Assembly (NCBI GenBank): GCA_036172245.1
Contig: JAYWIR010000016.1
Coordinates: forward strand, 1,116,001 to 1,180,000
DNA length: 64,000 nt
Reading direction: 5' to 3'
Source: Raillietiella orientalis
Lineage: Eukaryota
Shown: in pieces, positions 59,878-64,000 of the stretch
How positions within the stretch are numbered: position 1 is the first letter of the stretch
Layout of the letters: every line of letters starts with the position of its first letter
The notes under the pieces: model-generated
Databases searched by the model: none
The model's input: the letters and a program-made list of their open reading frames with translations, nothing else
What the model was told of the DNA's origin: nothing
Translations under genes and position numbers: made by a program

Positions 59878-60772
59878 GCTGCCGCCCGAGGCGCTCGCCT
59901 CCCAAAGCACATCCGCTGGGCGCCGCGGCAGCGACCGGAGCGCTTCCGATTCCGTTCACCCATTGTTGCCGAGTCGCGGACATTGTTGAGCTGGGCGCCG
60001 CCCCCGGAAACGGCGCCGTGGCACCAACACGCGGGCGCCGTGGGGAGCGGAAGCCAGAGCCCGGGGCTCTCGTTCGAGTGCGCCCGGGATTCCTGGAAGG
60101 TTCCCGGAATGCCGTTCGAATGGGGAGCGACACAGGGAGAACGGAAGCGCGGTCGAGGAGGCACTCGCTGCCTCCGGGAACTTCGAGGAAGGTCCCGCCT
60201 GAGCGCGCGCCACGCGAAGCCGCGTACCCGGAAGAGGACCTCTTCCCCCCTCCACCTCGAGCACCACCTTGCGTTGCGAAGGCTTCAACTTGTCTTCGCA
60301 ACGCGCGCAGGAATAAGGAACTGCTTATACCCGCAAATATGGCTGCAGACATTTGGTAGTGAGTGCTGAACCACTCAGAGGAGCACGCAGCTCGGAGGCT
60401 TCCCGCCGCAGAGTTCTTCCGAAAAACGCAACCTGGCCGGGAAAGGTTTTAAAATTTTGGAACCTCCAAAACGGGATTGCTTCCCGAGCATAAGTGGAGA
60501 AGCACCCTGCAGCCTGGGATAGTACTGCTGATACAGAGAAACTCCCGTAGGGTTCTCGGAATCAACGAGCTGATACAGGGAAACGGTGGCAAAGGATGGT
60601 GGCATCTCGTCCGGACGCGCTCGGGGGTTATCGCGTCTGCCAAGTCGGCCCGAATCCGTCGACGATCCCACTCGATAAAAATGCCCGGTGTCACTCGAAG
60701 GCTCTTCCTGGACCAGCAACAGCACGATCATTAGGGATCATTGTGCGTCAGCGACTCGGGACACATAAAGGT

Positions 60773-60983
60773 GGTGCCTCGTTTCGTAGAGGTGAAGCTC
60801 ACTCGTGACCTCTTCGTTTTGGGGATTCGAAGACCCGAGGAAGTCGACTAGTAGGTTACCTGAGCGTCCTTCGTTGACAAGAAGAGGCGAAAGGTCTCTT
60901 TGCGTGTGGTCTCCTCTCTTCCTCGAGCACTTTTGGAAGCGTCAGGACGCTCTCGGATGAGTAGGCGACGTCCACGATGGCGA
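60773..60983 (-). repeat. 211-bp segment, inverted copy of 58007-58217
   Basis: Reverse-complement partner of 58007-58217. Confidence 0.95.
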
Positions 60984-62456
60984 TGGTCAAAAAGTCGGAA
61001 AACGTACTTCGATGTGCTTGAAGAATCGAGACCAGCTCAAGAACCTTGAGGTCGCATCTTCCTCGTGTCACTTGGCCTTGACTGTTGCAGAAATCAACCG
61101 TAGAATGAGTGATGGCCACTGTATCGTATCGGCAACAACTCTCTCAATGATGGACTGTTTTGGAATGGATCACCAATTCTCCTGGGGAGAGATTTTTTTT
61201 TTTTTTTCTCTAAGCAGCACTTCATCCATTGTGCGCTTCATCTGCAACCTCTTAGATACCTCGCCGCTCGGAAACTTCGCTTGTAGCTCTTCAGAAGCAC
61301 TGATCGGTCTTTGCCGAGGTCATTGGAGTCGTTGACGTATCTTGCTTTCAGCTTTCCACCATCCTTCATAACTTTCGGACTCGTATTCTGAATTTCCGAT
61401 TCATCCTCCACGTATCTGCTCAAATGAAACTTTGTCCACCTGACGGCTCACTTTGAACGTCCCCGAGTTGGTCCTGCACGTCTTCCTGGTTTTGCTGCAG
61501 CGTACGTCCTTTCCATCGATGGCAACGGAATCCTTTGCTTTCGAAAGGGTAACCCAACTCCATGCACACTATCCGAATGCTTCAATCTCGATAAAGCAAT
61601 GGAACCGTCAACACACATACGATGGCGGGTTGCGTTATTTAGCGGACTTTCACTTCGAAAGACTTCGAAGAGGAGGCGCGTCAGGGAGCAGAACAAACAG
61701 AGCAAGCGACGTGCAAAGAGCAATGCGTTCTTGCGTTTCCGGGTTCGTCTCCCATGCATGCCAACACCACACTCTTGGAAAGGGCGGATCGCATGCATTC
61801 CAGAGGAAGCATTACTACACTGGAAAACGGCATGCAAACACGGAGGACTCCATATTTGCGCAAAACAAGGAAAGGCTTTTTTCGGGGTGTAAATCCACCC
61901 TGGCGTTCCCCTTCGTGCGGGAGTTGTGTGATTCGTGGGAGGCAAACCGACGTTGCAAGGAGCCGTGTTTTCTGTATTTTCACACCTATGATATCCTCAG
62001 TTCTGGGAGACAGACGTACATTTGGGGAGCATTCCTCGGGATTTCGAAAAGCGAATGTTCCACTCCGGTGGTTACATGAAACCCGTGGATGGATCAGGTG
62101 CATAAAAAGGATCTGCATTCTGGCTTCCTGCTTACTCAGTAAATTAATTACACGAGGTTCCTTACTTCTCCCCATCTGTCTTTATTCCTTGGGATCTCTA
62201 AAGAAACGAATCACACGCGAGGGTTCCCCTTAACACGTTTATTTTGTTCTGAGATAACGAAAGTCGAATCTTCATTTGCAAGTCGTCTGGGATGATAGAA
62301 GAATAAATCAAATCACTCGGCGCTTTGGGTTGCTTTAAAAAAATTGGTTCTCCCTTCGTCTCTTTCTTCCTCTCTCTCTCTCGACGTTGAAGAAACACTT
62401 CAAAGGCCAGTGTGCAATTTTTCGCACCTGTGAGCATCTTCTGAAAATCGATACCA

Positions 62457-62584
62457 AAACTTCCGGAGGCTGAGTAATCACCACATGCATTTGAAGCTGC
62501 AGTTTGATTTATAAGCAAACTTCCGGAGGCTGAGTAATCACCACATGCATTTAAGGCAGCAGTTTGATTTATAAGCAAACTTCC
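62457..62584. repeat. 60-bp tandem duplication (2 copies)
   Basis: 62461-62520 vs 62521-62580 differ at 3 positions; in frame in the minus ORF (GSLLINQTAAxNACGDYSAS twice). Confidence 0.95.
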
Positions 62585-64000
62585 TCCGACCATTTGCATC
62601 TCGCTTTCAACTCTGTCACTGTGGATCGTTGAGAAAAGCATCAGTCAGTGCGCCCCGGAGGAACGGTTCAGAGAAAGCCCACACGCCGGTCGGCGGCTAA
62701 GAAGGCACAGCCAATCAGCAGGCCATGGAGGGAAATCAAAGGAAATAAACGTACGCACACATGTGTGTATGCAGAAACACGCATGGGGACACGGGGAAAC
62801 GCCGAGCGCAAACGTTTCCGGGAAGTGTAGGAGGGAGGGTCACCAGCCGCGGCTTTCCTGCGGGCTTTCCGCTATCCAGGCGCTTGTGGAGGGGAGTGGC
62901 GACCCTCGCCACCCTTCCCGTCACGCGGGGGACGAGGTGGGCGGCCGTCCTCCGGTGCTGCCTCCGTGCGGATGCGGCGCCGTTGCGTCCGGGCGACGGA
63001 GAGAGTCCTGTCGGCCTGAGGAACCGCCGCAGAAGATGCCGAGGGGAGTCCCTCGGGTCCAAGAAGGTTGCCGCCTCTCGTTGCCAGCAAAGGAAGCCGC
63101 GGCCCTGAGGCAGGTGCGGGGGGGGGAGTTCTGTCGCCCTGCGTCTGGCCCGTCCGGTGTCGTCGCTCGCACGGGAAGCCTCCAGTGCAAGAAGAGCGCC
63201 TTTCCGCAGGAAGACATGCGCTGAACCGTAGAGGAGGACGGTGGGAGCCAGCAGCGCATCCGGGGAGGTGTCGAGATGATGCGCCCCCCTCAGCGCAGTC
63301 CTTGGGCGAGAACACGCGGTGCGCGGGATCGGCCGAAATCTCTCGAGCCGACCATCTGCTTATCCGTTTGCTGCTGACCCCTGCTTTGCAGCAGGACAGC
63401 CCAGCCCCTCCTCCCGACCGAATGGCTCCCGTAACCACGCTCCCATAGGAAGAACAGCGCCGCGATTAAGAACCTGTCCACGTCTCGGGGTCCCGTCGTT
63501 CCTCCTGCAGGGCCACTGTCCCAAGATGTGAAACGGGATGAAGTTTATCACTAGGTCACGCCGGGATGTTTATTTCATAAAAAATAAAACAGTTGAGAAC
63601 AAAGTTCCCAACCGACGACAAAACGAGCAAATGGGAGGGTCGACCGGCACGCAGCCGGGATAACGGAAATTCGGAACGGAGAAGGTGATCGGGGGACAAG
63701 AAAAAAAAATAAATGCGGTGGGACGGGACAGGGATCTCAGAGTTCGTTCCGGGAAACACTGGGATAAAAACAAAAGCAGCGGGGAAGTTGCAGAGCGAAC
63801 GGGGATGAGGAATAAAGGAAGAAAAAGGAAGAATGAGAAGGGCCAACGGCGATGGGTGCCGGCGATCTCCACCTTTGCCTCTTCTTCCAGGTGAGGCCAC
63901 CTTGCAGCGGTCCTCATGTAGGCGGCTGCCATCCTGGTATCTCGAGCACATGGCGTGCCGTGACGATGGCACGGATGCAAGCCATGGTTGCGATCACAGT

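Larger units (their letters stand above)
60375..62641 (-). other. Possible multi-exon gene or relic of unknown identity
   Basis: Several protein-like minus-strand ORFs (62198-62641, 61238-61423, 60856-61119, 60375-60731) with nearby splice-like signals, but no consistent model or recognisable family. Confidence 0.25.

Noticed and set aside
58007..60983. Pack-MULE or Helitron carrying AKAP14
   Set aside because: No target-site duplication, no typical TIR ends, and no terminal hairpin with CTRR at the repeat end.
62457..62584. CRISPR-like repeat
   Set aside because: Two adjacent copies with no spacer, in eukaryotic DNA; a simple tandem duplication.

Overview
Eukaryotic (animal, probably arthropod) genomic DNA with very short canonical introns (about 39-75 bp) plus a few kb-scale ones. 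The AT-rich first 5.4 kb holds the 3' half of a CD109/TEP-family gene (+) and a complete PIGT gene (-), whose stop codons abut with no gap. The rest, increasingly GC-rich, holds flagellar/cAMP-related loci: an apparently intact multi-exon SPEF2 (+, about 18.4-46.4 kb), a PDE relic, a cNMP-binding-domain gene or relic, and an AKAP14-like gene. It also contains L1/Tx1-like relics, a foldback/MITE-like element, a 211-bp inverted duplication and several near-perfect hairpins. Main observation: a decayed axonemal dynein heavy chain appears to be cut into about 13 blocks lying upstream of SPEF2 and inside its large introns. Every block reads on the + strand, but the blocks run in reverse protein order (C-terminus near 12 kb, AAA6 to AAA1, then linker/N2 near 32-36 kb). 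All homology calls are by eye against recalled family sequences, with no database search.
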